From contig NC_043006.1 of NCBI RefSeq assembly GCF_006345805.1, forward strand, positions 36,580,001-36,644,000: a stretch of 64,000 nucleotides of DNA, read 5' to 3'. A model generated the notes under the pieces. That model did not search any database. It saw only the letters and a list, made by a program, of their open reading frames with translations, and had not been told where the DNA came from. Position 1 is the first letter of the stretch. Each line of letters begins with the position of its first letter. Of this stretch, positions 1-13,100 are shown one piece after another. Origin of the DNA: Octopus sinensis (lineage: Eukaryota). Made by a program: the position numbers and the translations under genes.

Positions 1-32
1 GAGTCCGCTGCCCTAACCACTGGGCCATTGCG
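1..32 (-). mobile_element. tRNA-like SINE head, cut by the window edge
   Basis: Reverse complement cgcaatggcccagtggttagggcagcggactc (A-box-like). Confidence 0.6.
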
Positions 33-307
33 GATTATAATGCTTGCCACATTAAGCATTTCAGCATAAATTTAAATATATTAATTTAATTTTAGTCTCA
101 CAGTCTTACTCTACAAACTTGTTGCTTTATGTGATTGTGAGAATTCATTAATGTTGATGATGATTAGCGGGAGGCAACAGTTGTGATGGGGGTGGATGTT
201 TTTGTTTTTTTTAGATTCTTTGTTAAATGTTATTTTACCTTTGCTGCAACAAGTTATTCTCCAAATTACATTTTGCATATTCAAATGCTCCCTTAAGTAA
301 AACCTAG

Positions 308-507
308 AGGCACACGGCTTGAAATTTAGTGGAAGGAACTAGTCAATTATCAAAACCCCAGTGTTCTACTGGTATTTATTTTATCGACCACAAAAAGATG
401 AAAGCAAAGTCAACTTCAGTGGCTATTGACCTCAGAGCATAAAGCTCAAAGAAATGCCACTTAGCATTTTGTCTTGCATGCTAACAATTTTACCAGTTTG
501 CCACCTT
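308..507 (-). mobile_element. SINE family B (tRNA-like head, (ATT)n tail)
   Basis: gagttcaaat...ctttcatcc...gataaa..aagtaccag...ccttgtgcct motif set, repeated more than 10 times in the window. Confidence 0.7.
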
Positions 508-540
508 AAAAATAATAGTAGTAGTAATAATAATAATAAT

Positions 541-1193
541 AGAGCAGCACAATATATTCACTGGGTAATTTGCTCCATGATAAAAACTGGTGAGAACACA
601 AACCATCTCCAATGCTTGAAAATGATCGCATCTCACTCCTCTGGAACTTTACCATTCAAACTGATAGAAAGATAGATGTGAATAGGCCAGACATTGAAAG
701 ACTTCAGAGAAAAATCATGCCTCCTCATTTATATGACTGTCCCAATCGACATAAATGTATCTATCAAGACCTATCAAAAAACTGAGCAAGTATAAAGATC
801 TTGAAATAGAAATTGGCAAAATGTGGAACCTCAAAGCTAAAACAATACCTGTTATCATAGGTGCCTAAGGAATGATAGCAAAAGGGGCTGATTGCTACCT
901 AGCTCAGATACCAGGAAACCCCAAAATGGCAGAAATTCAAAAGATAGTGCTTATGGGAACTGCCCATATCCTACATAAAATACCGTCTATGTAATTTCAA
1001 ATTTTAAAACAGCCTCATAATTTTCTTATGTATTCTTAAGTATTCTCTAGAACCATACTATGTGCAAAAATATATGGCACCCTAGGCATAACACCAACAT
1101 GAACTTCTAACTTGTCTCTTGAGGTCTCTGGGTGAGACTCGGAGCCAACTTGTACAAATAAAAATCAAAAGTCAAACATATAATAATAATAAT
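541..1193 (+). mobile_element. 3' fragment of an R4/Dong-type retrotransposon (restriction-like endonuclease C-terminus plus 3' UTR) in (TAA)n
   Basis: Degenerate translation IHWVIC...WNFTIQTDRK..NRPDI...KYKDLEIE..MW...PVIIGA*G...EIQKIVLMGTAHIL; (TAA)n on both sides. Confidence 0.85.
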
Positions 1194-1194
1194 A

Positions 1195-1398
1195 GTTTCA
1201 AATTTTGCCACAAGGGCAGCAATTTTGTGGGATGAGATTACATCGACCCCAGTGTTCAACTGGTACTTATTTTATCAACCCTGAAAGGATGAAAGGCAAA
1301 GTTGGCTTTGACAGAATTTGAACTTGGAATGTAGTAACAAGCGAAATACCAGTAATTATTTTTTCCAGCATGTTAACAATTCTACTGGCTTGCTGTCA
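1195..1398 (-). mobile_element. SINE family B
   Basis: Same motif set; its tail hosts the Dong-type fragment. Confidence 0.7.
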
Positions 1399-1689
1399 TA
1401 TTAATTATAAAAATAGATGCTTTATCTAGAACAAGAACAACTTTCTAATTATTTCTCTTCAAAAAAAAAAAAAACTAAAAGAAAGAGAGAAAAAGTACTA
1501 ACTTCAGCACATTATAACACCATTTAGTATAAAGGATTTGGAATGTGATCAAAGAGAAGCCAACTAATTTCTTACAAAAGAAGAGAAGAAAGAGCTTCCA
1601 CTCTAAGAAATTATTATGCTAATCTGTGTAAATTTGTTTATATTTTCATGAAAACATTTCTATTTGTTTTTTTGTTAATGTTGTTTCAG

Positions 1690-1772
1690 AATGTCGAGCA
1701 CTGTTATTACCATGGCAAGGTCAAACGAGATGAATGGTCAAGTGTTGCAGTCAGCACATGTAATGGGATCAG
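1690..1772 (+). CDS. mmd: ADAM exon 1 in window, prodomain ([27 protein letters not shown])
   Basis: tttcag acceptor, gtaag donor; HCYYHG...STC.G prodomain motif; phase 0 to 2. Confidence 0.93.
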
Positions 1773-4382
1773 GTAAGAAAACTCTTCAATGTCTATCTAT
1801 CAGCCGGTCTTTCTTTCTGTTTGTCTATCTATCAATCAATCAATCATCATCATCGTCATTTGATATCCAATTCCAGTGCTGACATGGTTTGGACTGTTTT
1901 GACAGGATCCAGTAAACACCTAGGTCATCTTTGGCATGGTTTCTATGACTGGATGCCACTAATGAGATCACAAAGTAACTTGCAAGCCAGGAAAAGGAAA
2001 AAAGGACAACTCCCTTGACTAAGTTGGTCGGGAGTATTTGAGAGGGGACAGATGGTTTTATGGCTGGTATTGAGAGGTTTAAAGTATGATGGAGGGACAA
2101 GTGCTGATGTCTTACTATAGTGACAATACATGACTCCCCACCTCTCTCTCTGTGCTTCCATTATCATCTACTTTCCATCTTCAACACTCTTAAAAATAAC
2201 AGTTTTTGTTTAACTGAAAATTCCTTCATTTGTGTCTCAGTTTCATCTCTTTCATATTTGTCATCAGCATTATCATTTGCATGTCATTGCTTTCAGTTCA
2301 GAATTCTTTATAAATTAGTTTCACATCTTGCAAGTCAAGTATTTCTCAGGCATTACCACCATCCATACTAGACATTACTGGTGTTGTGATTAAGGGTCTC
2401 AACAAGTGAGAACCACTGTTACATATGCTGGAAGTGCCTTAGAAGAAGGGAAAAAGTTGTTGGATTGAAATAAGAATTAGCAATAATTAACAAACAGGAA
2501 AATTATGCTACCAAAACTAAAATAGGCCAACACCATACTACATGCAAATCATCAACATGAAGCTTTGAAGAAGGAGAAGAAAAAGGATAACATGCTCCAT
2601 TATCATCAAACGTGCAAAAATAACAAACAGAAATACTGCAATAGCTGAATTGGAATGTGTGTGTTTTTTTGTTTTTTTTTAGTTTTTTTTTGTCAATTTG
2701 GATCAAAAATTGCAATCAGAAGCACATTCCTTGAAGTCAAAACAAAGACTGTCTGTTTGTCATAGTCCAAAGAAAATACAAGAAAATTGAAATTAAGGGA
2801 GTGGGGAAGTAAGAAAATATTTTCCTTAAGTTATGGATCTTTTGACATGTCTAGAAAACAAAATTAGGAATCCATAATGTTCAGGTTGTAATGGAAAATT
2901 CAAATGGTAAGGCAGCAGCAAACTATTGTGCAGAATTGAAAAAATGAGATGATTGAGGATGGTGGTTATTTCATTTATTTTTCTCATTTACTTGTTTCAG
3001 TAATTAGACTATGGCCATGCTGGTGCACAAACTAGAAGTGTTTAGTTGTACAAATTGGTCCCAGGATTTTTCTTTTAAGCCTAATATTTATTCTATCAGT
3101 CTTTTTTCCCAAACTGCTAAGTTATAGGGATGTAAACAAACCAGCACCAGTGTCAAGCAGTGGGTGGGTTACAAACACAAAGATACATATATATGTATGT
3201 AACAGGTTTCCACACAGTTTGCATCTACCAAATTCATAGACAAGCATTGGTCAGTCTGGGGCTACAGTGCCATACAATCAGATTGCACCTGAAACCATGT
3301 GATTGCAAAGCAAGTTTCCTAACCACACAGCCATGCCTGTTGATGAACAAAACAGGATTGTTTTCAAACTGAATATCTAAAGAAACTTACTTGGAAGAAG
3401 AGAAAAAAATTGCAGCCGAGTTCAAAAATACACTTTTATTGGGTGGAAATACTATTGAGGAACTGAAATTAAAACCAATGTTGATACAGGAATCAAAAAC
3501 CCATGTTCTCTAACGGAGTCCAGCAAGTGTTCTTACCATTTTGCTGAAAATCCAACAACTGAGGCAATGCATGTTTGTTTAATGGTAACATACATTTTCT
3601 GATGCAGTTCACTTAGTCTGGAATTTTCTCTACATGTTGTATAATGATGATGTTATTGTTCAACCCCAAATCAGCCCTGATCAAGTAAACCTGTGATCAA
3701 AGGCATTAAGGTCATGACCATCCCATCATATTTTTAGGTAAAGTGTATCTACATTATTTAATATATTCTTTCTTTTTTTTTCTGATGTTACAGTTTAATT
3801 TGATGGTAATTAGGTTGTTATTTCTAGTGGGGCACATGACTGCAACAAGGCACAGTGTTATGTACTTCTTGTGTGTGGATTTATGGGTCTCATCTCTTGT
3901 ATTTTTTATGCTTCATGTATCATTCATATATCTCTCTTTCTTTTCTTTTTTGCAACTACAGGGGTGTCATACAGCTGCGCAATGAAACCTATGTCATCCA
4001 TCCTCTTCAAGGTGGTGATGAGGAGGTATGTATTGTCTTATAATCATTAATTAATTTATGCATATGTAAGTAGATAAGCAATTTGGATCAAAGACTGCAA
4101 TCAGAAGCACATGTATAGGTGTGTGAGCTTCAGTGCAGACCTGCATGTGTGATTCTCTTTCAGGTTAATTCTTCAGTGGTGTTTCATTATATGTTTTTTT
4201 TTGTGTGTGTGTATGTAGTTGTGAGCATGTCATTTTCATTTACTCCCTATAAATATATAGGAGGATTCTATTCACTTCAGATTTATATGCAAAGTTATCT
4301 CTGAGAAAGTTAAGACACACCTATGTATTCATCCAACCCATGCCAGCAGGGAATTGAAACATTAAAAAATGATGATCCATTT

Positions 4383-4414
<32 letters not shown>

Positions 4415-6260
4415 GTAAATTCTAAAATGCAGAGCAAGTGAGAGACAGATGAGTGTGAAGCATACATATCTTTAAGGAGAGAGGGGGTAAGTGGCTTTTC
4501 TACACACATACATATATATATGCATGCATATGTACATACATAAGTCTACTACACACCATTTTCAACTTGTGATTACCTCTGTGTGTGTGATATCTTATAA
4601 CTGTCTGCCTCCCTACTTTTGTAGCGTCTTCCCTGTTGCTGTCACATATTGTGACATTTTAAAATTACGTCAAAATTTTCAAATATGGTATATTGAAATA
4701 ATTTTCCATGTTAAATCCGATTTTGTTATTTATTTGTTCCCGAAAAATTACAGGAAAATGTTACTGAGGTTTAAAGTTTAATCAATTTTACTTAATCATA
4801 AAACAGGATTTGGAAACTAGCATTTTCTGTATGATAACTGTCTATCACAAAATGAAAGCAAAATCATTATCAGGAAGAATTTTTATTGAAACAAACGAAT
4901 GCAAAGCATTACGATGACCAAAGTTGTAAGAACTTCTGAAGTTTTAATAAGTTTTAAGGAATAAAGTCATGTGAAATGGTCAAACAGACATGTAAATAAT
5001 TTAAAAAGGAAAAAAATCCTCAACATAATTTTTTAGCAAAAAATTGCACAAATCTGTCTTGATCAAGAAGCCTATCTGTTGGGGAAGGCATGGTCTGACA
5101 TGAAATAAACAAAACTTTATATAAGACATTCTATTGTAAAAATTGCCTGGCAATGACAGGCTATTCAGCTAGTATTCTTTGACTTGTTTCAGTCATTTGA
5201 CTGTGGCCATGCTGGAGCACCGCCTTTAGTCAAACAAATTGACCCCAGGACTTATTCTTTGTAAGCCTAGTACTTATTCTATCAGTGTCTTGCCGAACTG
5301 CTAAGTTACAGGGACATAAGCACAGCAACAAGCGATTGCGTGTGTGTGGGGGGGGGGGCAAACACACACACACATACAATGGACAAAGAAGCCCATTGTA
5401 TATATTTCTCATAAGGCTTTAGTTGGCCGAGGCTTGTCCAAAGTGCCATGCAGTCGGACTGAACCTGGAACTATGTGGTTGGTAAGCAAGCTATTTACCA
5501 CACAGCTACTTTTGTGCCTATATATATATATGAAAGGCTTGTGGATTTGTAAATTTATACAGAACTAAATGATGCTGTTATTTATGTATCTTGTCTGTGT
5601 ATACAAATTTGTGTGTTTACGTGTGTAACTTATATAAGGTGCATTGAAATATATATGTGTTTGTTTCCACAATTGATACATGTGATATATATGTGTGTGT
5701 GCATGTAAATTTGTATGTGTATGCCTGTTTATATATGTTCGTTATTTTTGTACTTTTTTGGGTGTGCATGGGGACGAGGATTGCACATCTATCTATGTTT
5801 TAATACTATGATGTTCAAAATACACACACACACACACACACATGGTGTGCATTTAGAATTGTTTTGTTGATGTTGCACTCTTGTTTCTAATTTAAAGAAA
5901 TTGTTTTATTAATAATTGGATAGTTTGAGAAGAAAAATATAAAATAGAAACAATTGTTAATTAAAATTGAAAACATGTTTAATTACTTGCAAAACCTAAA
6001 ATCAAATTAATATGAAATAAAATTATAGCAAGCATGTGTGTGTGAGAGAGAGAGAGAGAGTTCAATATTCATACATGAACCACACATCTATCATTGTGTA
6101 TATATCTGCAAATAGTATGCACAACTGTACTACATACATTTGTGTGTGTATATTCATGTACACACACTATGTGTATGCACATACATACATGCGTGTATGT
6201 ATATATATATGTATGTATACCTTGCTCAGAGATTTATTATTGCTTACATATATTTATATG

Positions 6261-6303
<43 letters not shown>

Positions 6304-9300
6304 CTATGTATGTATGTATATATATATGTGTGTGTGTATATATGTGTGTGTGTGTGTCAGGGTCTCCCACCGTCCCAGGGTCTCTAGAGCCCATGCCTTC
6401 CACACCCTCAGGGTTGGCACCCTCAACGTTGGCACTCTGAAAGGTAGGTCTGGTGAGATAGTCGAGATGCTTGAACGGAGATGTGTGGATATATGTTGCA
6501 TGCAAGAAATAAGGTGGAGAGGAGGATCAGCTAGGTTCCTCACAGGCAAGGAACGCAGGTACAAGATTTTCTGGGCAGGGAACACTGACGGGGTTGGTGG
6601 CGTGGGTATACTTATCGCTGAGAAATGGGTAGATAAAGTAATTGAGGTAATCAGAGTAAGTGACAGAATACTTAAGATTAGATTAGTGCTTCATCATAGT
6701 TTAGCAACCATTATATCAGCCTATGCTCCTCAGTCGGGGCTACCCGATGGACAGAAAGACCGATTCTATGACACTCTACTGCAGACTACCTCATTGACGA
6801 ACGACAGAGACCTTATCTTTGTGGCTGGTGACTTCAATGGTCACGTTGGACGACATGCTGGGGGCTTACATGGAGGCTATGGCTATGGCTCCCGCAACGA
6901 GGAGGGAACCAGGCTGCTGGAGTTCTGCGATGCAAATAATCTTATGATTTGCAACACTAACTTCAGGAAACCTACCAGCCACCTAGTCACTTACCAATCG
7001 GGCCAACATACCAGCCAAATTGACTACATCCTTACAAGGCAAAGGGAGAGATGGCTGCTTATAAATGCCAAAACCTTCCCAGGTGAAGAATGTACCCCAC
7101 AACATAGACTGGTAGTTAGTGACTTTAGGATCAGGACTAGGAGGACAACCAGAAGACGACAAATATGGAGAAGAAGGATCTGGAAGCTTAAAGATCCTGC
7201 AAATGGACAGAGATTTAGGGACATATTACTTGAAGCCTCTGACGAAGTAGAAGGGGATAGAGCATCACAGGGGGTAGAAGACAGCTGGACGTTTCTAAGG
7301 GACAACCTGCTGAGAGCCACTGACCAGATCTGTGGCTGGTGCAAAGTGGTGGAACAATATTGTAGACAGGGCTATTAGAGAAAAGAGACAAGCTTGGAAG
7401 GTCTGGAAAAATGGGGGTAGCAGGGAATTGTATCAGACTGCCAAAAGAGAAGCTAGGAGACAGGTTTATTTAGCCAGAGGGGAAGCAGATAAGAAAAAAT
7501 TTGCCAATGTTCTGCGCCGTGAGGACCAAAGACTGGAGGTGTTTCGTGTTGCAAGACAGTGTGTGAGAGAGAATCGTGATGTGGTAGGAGAGAAGTGTGT
7601 TCGCATGGAAGATGGTTCACTTGCGCTAAATGAGGATGCAAAGAGAGAGGTTTGGAGATGCCACTATGAAAGGTTGCTGAATGAAGAAAATGAATGGGAT
7701 AAAGAGAGTCTGCCGAATGTTGACCCAACAGAGGGACCAGCTATCCGAGTTGATAGTTCTGTGGTAGCTAAGGCAATTAGAAGCATGAAGACAGGGAAAG
7801 CCCCAGGCCCATCAGGAATCACTGCAGAGATGCTCAAAATGTCTGGTAGTGTCGGCTATAGCCTAGTCACCCATATAGTTAATCAGGTGATACACAAAGG
7901 GGTCATACCCAATGACTGGTGTAGCAGTATAATAGTCAACTGCTACAAAGGTAAAGGTGATGCCCTAGATACAAATAACTACAGAGGTATCAAGCTGTTG
8001 GACCAGGTGATGAAGGTTACGGAGAGGGTCATAGCCCAACTAATTAGAGAGAGAGTTAGTTTAGATGAGATGCAGTTTGGGTTTGTGCCAGGGAAAAGTA
8101 CTACTGATGCTATATTCCTGGTAAGGCAGCTGCAGGAGAAATACCTAGCCAAAGATAAGCCCCTGTACCTGGCTTTTGTTGACATGGAGAAAGCCTTCGA
8201 CAGGGTCCCCCGATCCCTTATCTGGTGGGCAATGAGAAAACTAGGGATAGATGAATGGTTAGTGAGAGCTGTGCGGGCCATGTATAGGGACGCCGCTAGT
8301 AGGGTGAGGGTTGGAGATGAGTACAGTGAAGAATTCCGGGTAGAGGTAGGGGTCCACCAAGGCTCAGTACTCAGCCCCCTCCTATTTATCATAGTCCTCC
8401 AGGCAATAACGGAGGAATTCAAGACAGGATGCCCTTGGGAGCTCCTCTATGCTGATGACCTTGCTCTAATTGCTGAGTCGCTATCAGAACTGGAGGAGAA
8501 GTTTCAGGTGTGGAAACAAGGATTAGAATCGAAGGGCCTCAGAGTCAATCTAGCTAAAACCAAAGTCGTAATCAGTAGGAAGGTAGACAAATCACAAACA
8601 CCTTCAGGTAGATGGCCCTGCTCGATCTGTAGAAAAGGTGTAGGTAGAAACTCTATAAGATGCACCAAGTGTAAGCTATGGACACATAAGAGATGCAGCA
8701 ATGTCAAAGGAAGACTAACTAGGAAGATGGTTTTTGTATGTGGCAGATGCTCAGGAACAATAAACACTGAAAATGCTCTGAGACCAACTTCCGTCACTTT
8801 CCAGGGAGAAAAACTAGAAATAGTTGATAGTTTCCGTTACCTAGGTGACCAAGTCAGCAGCGGGGGCGGGTGTGCTGAAAGTGTAACTGCTAGAGTAAGA
8901 ATAGCTTGGGCAAAGTTCAGAGAGCTCTTACCTCTGCTGGTGACAAAAGGCCTCTCGCACAGAGTGAAAGGCAGACTGTATGATGCGTGTGTACGAACAG
9001 CCATGCTACATGGCAGTGAAACATGGGCCGTGACTGCTGAGGATATGCGTAAGCTCGCTAGAAATGAAGCCAGTATGCTCCGATGGATGTGTAATGCCGG
9101 TACTCACACTCGGCAGAGTGTAAGTACCTTGAGAGAAAAGCTGGACCTAAGAAGCATCAGTTGTGGTGTGCAAGAGAGACGTTTGCGCTGGTATGGTCAT
9201 GTGGCGAGAATGGATGAAGATAGTTGTGTGAAAAAGTGCCACACCCTAGCGGTTGAGGGAACCTGTGGAAGAGGCAGACCCAGGAAAACCTGGGACGAGG

Positions 9301-10009
9301 TGGTGAAGCACGACCTTCGAACTTTAGGTCTCACTGAGGAAATGACTAGAGACCGAGACCTCTGGAAGTGTGCTGTGCGCGAGAAGACCCGGCAGGACAA
9401 GTGAGTCCACAACCCGTGGCCTTCTACATGGGATGGAGCCAGCCTACGTATGCATACCTTCCCTTCTTGGGACACAAAGCTCTACTTGTGAAGACGTGTT
9501 GAGGCAAGTGAGGATCAGAATCGAAATCGATCAATGGAAATTGCGGATGTGCTACCAGTGCCGGTGGCATGTCGAAACTCTGCTTGTGAAGACCCATTGA
9601 GGCAAGTGAGGATCAGAATCGAAATCGATCAATGGAAATCGATCAATGGAAATTGCAGATGTGTTACCAGTGCCGGTGGCATGTAAGAGAACTTTCCGTT
9701 TCGCGACCGTTGCCAGCACCGCCCCGTTTCGTGTCCGTTGCCAGCCTCGCCTGGCCCTCGTGCCGGTGGCACATAAAAAGCACCATCCGTTCGTGGCCGT
9801 TTGCCAGCTCTGTCTGGCACCAGTGCGGGTGGCACGTAAAAAGCACCCACTACACTCACGGAGTGGTTGGCGTTAGGAAGGGCATCCAGCCGTAGAAACA
9901 CTGCCAGATTTGACTGGGCCTGATGAAGCCTTCTGGCTTCACAGACCCCAGTAGAACCGTCCAACCCATGCTAGCATGGAAAACGGACGCTAAATGATGA
10001 TGATGATGA

Positions 10010-10052
<43 letters not shown>

Positions 10053-10088
10053 ATATATAGTGTGTGTGTATATATGTGTGTATGTGTG

Positions 10089-10136
<48 letters not shown>

Positions 10137-13100
10137 CATGTATTCATATGCACATACATGCATTCATATACACATACATTCATATGCACAGAGAGATAGT
10201 GAACTGGCAGTAATTGAAAATATATGTTTATGAATTGTCTAGGCTACTTTTATGTCTTGTTTGTACATTTGTGTGTGAGGGTGTGGGTGTGTGATCTTGC
10301 ATGTATGTATGCATGTACACACACAAACATCCACACTCAGTGGAGAAAGTAATTTCTAGAAGACTACAAAAACATTAATCAGATCAAGGTACACTGAAAT
10401 ATGCCATATCCAGAATTTTCTTTTCTGTAATAAAAATTCAGTCATTAGTTCAATTCTTCCTTTCTTTCTGTGTTTGTTTATCTTTGCTTGCTCTCTCTCT
10501 CTCCCACCCACCCAAGAACATGAAAGAGAATATCGTGTTCCTTGCCTGTGAAACCTATATTTCCTGCTCTTGCCATCCTAAACACCTCACTGGAATCACT
10601 CCACTAATTGCTTACTAATCAAGAATTGTTGTGTGACCCCTTTCAGAGATGTTTTAATAAAACTATTGTTTGCTAAATTAACTATCATCAACACTTCACC
10701 TTCCCTGCTTCCCACTACAATCATTGTTAACACTACTACTACAGTCACTATTATCGTTAATATGCAAACCCAATGCGGGAGCCTCTATATGGTCACTTGA
10801 CCTTTTAGACATAACAGCTTTATTTCCATGAAACCTCATCCTATCATCCTAGGTTCAAACCATCTGCAGGTACTTCATTAGCTGACCTGTTCTGAATGAG
10901 ATTTATTTCTCATTATCTCAACACTATAAAGCTAGGGTTAAGCACCGGCATATCACAAATAATACTTTCAGAATACTGATGTCTATCAAAGCTGACCAAA
11001 GTCTTGTGAGCAGATTTGGTAGACAAAATCTCAGAGCTTATTGCATGCATGTGTGTGTGTCTCGGTGTGTGTATGTATGTGTGTGTGTATGTAAAGTCTC
11101 ATCACATCCATCTTTCCATGCTTGCATGGGTCAGATGGCTGTTACTGAGGCAAATTTTCTACATCCAGATGTCCTTCTTGTCACCAACTCTCACATTTTT
11201 CCAAGCAAAGTAATAATTCCTTCTGGCTGGACAATATTTCATAGAGTATTGCAAATGATTGACAATATTTCATAGAGTATTGCAAATGAGTGACACAACG
11301 GTCATCAGATATCAAAACAGAAACACATACACATCATACTCACACACACACACACACACACATACATATATATATATGCTCTCTCTCATATCTGCCATTA
11401 TGCCCCACTCACTATAGCCATCCTTATGGACCTCTACATCTCCCTCTTCACCACTACTACGCCTTGCACATCATCCCTCTGCTCTCTGATCTAACCTCCT
11501 TCATAAGCCACTTGTATGTCTTTCTCTCCCCTTACCCTCCCCTCCATACTGGTGTTTCCTTTCAACCATATTTCCACTCTTATGTATCATTCACTACATT
11601 TCACCTTGATTCCCCCACCTCCATCGTTAACCATTTGTTATCCTCTTTCACTCTTATGAAACTACCCCCCTCCTTCTTTCTCCTCCTCCCATTAATCCTG
11701 ATTCATTGTCTCTATCTTCGCTTTTGCTCACCATGTTCTTTGAGAGTGTGTTCTAACACCTCATCACTACCTTCAAAGAGCATCAAAGAGCTGGGTGATA
11801 TTGTTAAGCCAGGCAATGAATTAAACCTACTAAATAGTCTAAAACTGAACTTAATTTTGTTTCTTTAGCATAATCCCTGATGGTAATACCACTTCTACCA
11901 CTACTACTGAATAAATATAACAGTACTCTGCATACATACAAATATGTGTGTGTGTGTATATTATAAATACTTGTTGATTTCCATCTCTTTGTCTTTTTCA
12001 GCTCAATCACCCTCATGTTGTATTTCAAGCAACTCACTCAGAGGAGGAACGCTGTGGTATGTACATGAAAACTTATTTTCCTTGATCTTTTCTTTTTTCT
12101 TTAGTGCAAACAGCATGCACCATGCATAATCATTACAACTAGTTCTTTTGTTTTTGCATGATGTCTTGAATGAGATCAGCTGTTCAGATATGGTCATTGT
12201 ATCTGTGTTATGTCTATAACATAGGTACTTCAATCTCAAACCTCCTTTCTACTAAGCCATAATTACCATATATACTTATGCATAAGTCACACTATTTCAT
12301 ACATGATTTTAACTGAAAAAAATTAAATGTGACTTATACATAGGGAAAGCTATAACTATTTAGGTAAAAAATTGTTTTACTAAAATTTAACACTAAATCA
12401 GGATGCAACTTATATGTGAGCTTGACTTATATACAAGTAGACATTATAGATACCATAGACTTTGAATGACTAACCAATGTTGGGCCTCACGGAGGCAAAG
12501 AGGCTGAGCTCCCTTTGAGCGTTGGGCCTCAAGGCAATGCTCCAGTATGGCTGCAGGCAAATGACTGAAACAAATAAATGAATATAATTAAATATTATTT
12601 TGTGTGTTGTAGAAATATCACTGATTTATTGTGCATGAATTTTAACCATAAAATCTCAAGTGGACCCTGAAGTGTTGTATGGATCTAGGTTAGAAACCGG
12701 TTCTTTATTGACAAGAAATCTTGAAATAAACTGAATAATCATACACACACACACATGCACGATAGGCTTCCACTCAGTTTCTGTCTAGCAATTTGATTCA
12801 CAAGACATTGGTGTTTGGAAGCTTTAGTGGAAGACACTTGCTAAGGTTCTGCGCAGTGGGACTCAAACATAAAACCACATGGTTGCACAGCATGCTTCTT
12901 AACCATACAGCCATTCCTGGATAATTTTTACATACATTTAAGAGGATGAAAGACAGTGTAGACCTCAGCTTAGATTTGAACTCAGAACAGAGGCTAACAA
13001 AACACAAACATGGCATCACATTTCATCAACTACATTAATAATAATGTCTTGGATTATTTCATTGATGCTATAGGAATGAAAGGCAAATTTTGACCTCTAA

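Larger units (their letters stand above)
6358..10010 (+). mobile_element. RTE-clade non-LTR retrotransposon, near full length, slightly 5'-truncated, one frameshift
   Basis: APE motifs ([38 protein letters not shown]); RT ([32 protein letters not shown] at 8448-8459); stop at 9404; 3' UTR ending in (TGA)n; inserted in a TA/TG microsatellite. Confidence 0.96.

Noticed and set aside
6350-6390. cag at the LINE 5' end as an acceptor giving an ADAM-LINE fusion
   Set aside because: The upstream exon ends in phase 0, which reads into a TAG after 8 codons; the LINE frame needs phase 2.
7024-9475. Minus-strand ORFs overlapping the LINE
   Set aside because: Antisense shadows of the RT frame with no recognisable domains.
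9920-9945. CTGATGA followed by a stem, resembling a hammerhead core
   Set aside because: The stem is followed by TCAC rather than GAAA; it is the LINE 3' hairpin.
11290-11868. 192-aa ORF
   Set aside because: A (CA)n run plus a pyrimidine-rich repeat body also seen inverted at about 16900-17170.
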